The notes under the pieces are model-generated. The model did not search any database. It was not told the origin of the DNA and saw only the letters and a program-made list of their open reading frames with translations. Below are positions 63,011-64,000 of a stretch of DNA of 64,000 nt, piece after piece; position 1 is the first letter of the stretch; each line of letters opens with the position of its first letter. Both the position numbers and the translations under genes were made by a program. Source of the DNA: the human T2T-CHM13v2.0 reference genome, Homo sapiens; NCBI RefSeq assembly GCF_009914755.1, contig NC_060936.1, one strand, 5' to 3'.

Positions 63011-63369
63011 CGGAGTTCCAGTAGCTTTGAGGCTTAGAAAATATAAGAAAAAAAGAAGTAACAGAAACCGCTATATCTTTAAGATAGAGCCAATCACTGT
63101 TCCCAAAATAATTCAGTTAGGTAAAGAACCAACTTACAAAAGAAATGTTTAAAAAACCCCCAAAGTTCTTTGAAACACATCTGAACTCTTCCCCGCCCCC
63201 ACCCTACCCCAGCAGTTAGCGACTGTCTTTAAAAGCCATTCTCCTTTCTCTCCCTCCTTGCCACCTTCACCTAAATACTCCCCTTTTCTGATAAACTGCC
63301 AAGTGGTTTCCATTCTAATTATTACCGGTGATGCCCAACCTCATACACTAAACACGTTAATTTCTCCTT

Positions 63370-63600
63370 AAAGCCAGGCTGAATGTCTCTCTCATTTATT
63401 TTCACATTTATCCATCCAAAAAACAAGTATTTATGGCAGGCCTGCTAAGTGCCAAGCATATTGAAACAGCAATGAGAAAATAGAGGGGGAATAAAACACA
63501 TTCCCTGTCCTTATGGAGCTTACATTCTAGTGGAGGGCAGAGATATCAACAACTAATAACGTGACTAATCACACCTAGTTAAGTGTTATCGAGGACAGGG
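63370..63600 (-). mobile_element. L2 3' fragment
   Basis: aacaagtatttat..gcctgctaagtgccaagca..ccctgtccttatggagcttacattctagtgg. Confidence 0.8.
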
Positions 63601-64000
63601 TGCCCTGAGCTGGGCCTGGTGATTCTGTTTGTGTGGAGTTGGAGTCAGGAAAACTGGTTTTCCCAGCTGGAGGTGTCTGCTGTCAGGTGTTCGTAGCACA
63701 CTGTGCACAGTTCTGCCGTCGGTGGCACTGGCATACAGACTGCCCTCGCACCCTGTGGAGTGAATTCCTTGAGGCTACTGATTATTTTTTCTGTCAACAA
63801 TGCTGGGCACACAGTAGGAACTCAGGAAATGTTAACTAAATCTTTGAGTCTAGTCTCACTATGCAGTTTAGGCTCAACAGGCTATATTGAGAGGAGCTCA
63901 CACGTGCATTTAACTCCACTGAGTAGCAGCAAGAATCCTGGCTCCTCAAGATCACCCACCTCTGATCTCTAGGATATTCTAGAATGATCTGAGCAACTCA

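Overview
Primate (human-like) genomic DNA, Alu-dense, recognisable as the TMEM263 (C12orf23) / MTERF2 locus. From recall this is human chr12q23, between RIC8B and CRY1, neither of which is in the window. 1-30.5 kb is intergenic and almost all repeats: old L1M/MLT1/MER1B, a decayed processed pseudogene of MAPK1IP1L split by a Tigger1 whose left end is inverted, and a two-LTR MER4-family ERV1 provirus (14707-23909) carrying six Alus, one a very young AluY. TMEM263 (+) starts in a CpG island at ~31.5 kb, has two non-coding and two coding exons (116 aa) and a ~2.6 kb 3'UTR. MTERF2 (-) converges on it, with a single coding exon (385 aa), two leader exons and a CpG-island promoter at ~62.8 kb. Most interesting observations: (1) the spliced TMEM263 leader is stop-free and in frame with the CDS only when a UG-repeat-flanked 68-nt exon is included; (2) the MTERF2 leader carries several uORFs, including an AUGA stop/start overlap created by an exon lying in L2-like sequence and a 54-aa uORF with a mitochondrial-presequence-like N-terminus; (3) TMEM263 has perilipin-like 11/22-residue repeats plus a C-terminal KxKxx motif; (4) three independent local templated-insertion or inversion scars. 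Repeat subfamily names and most repeat boundaries are by-eye calls and approximate. Nearly all ORFs in the supplied track are repeat-derived or GC-rich noise.
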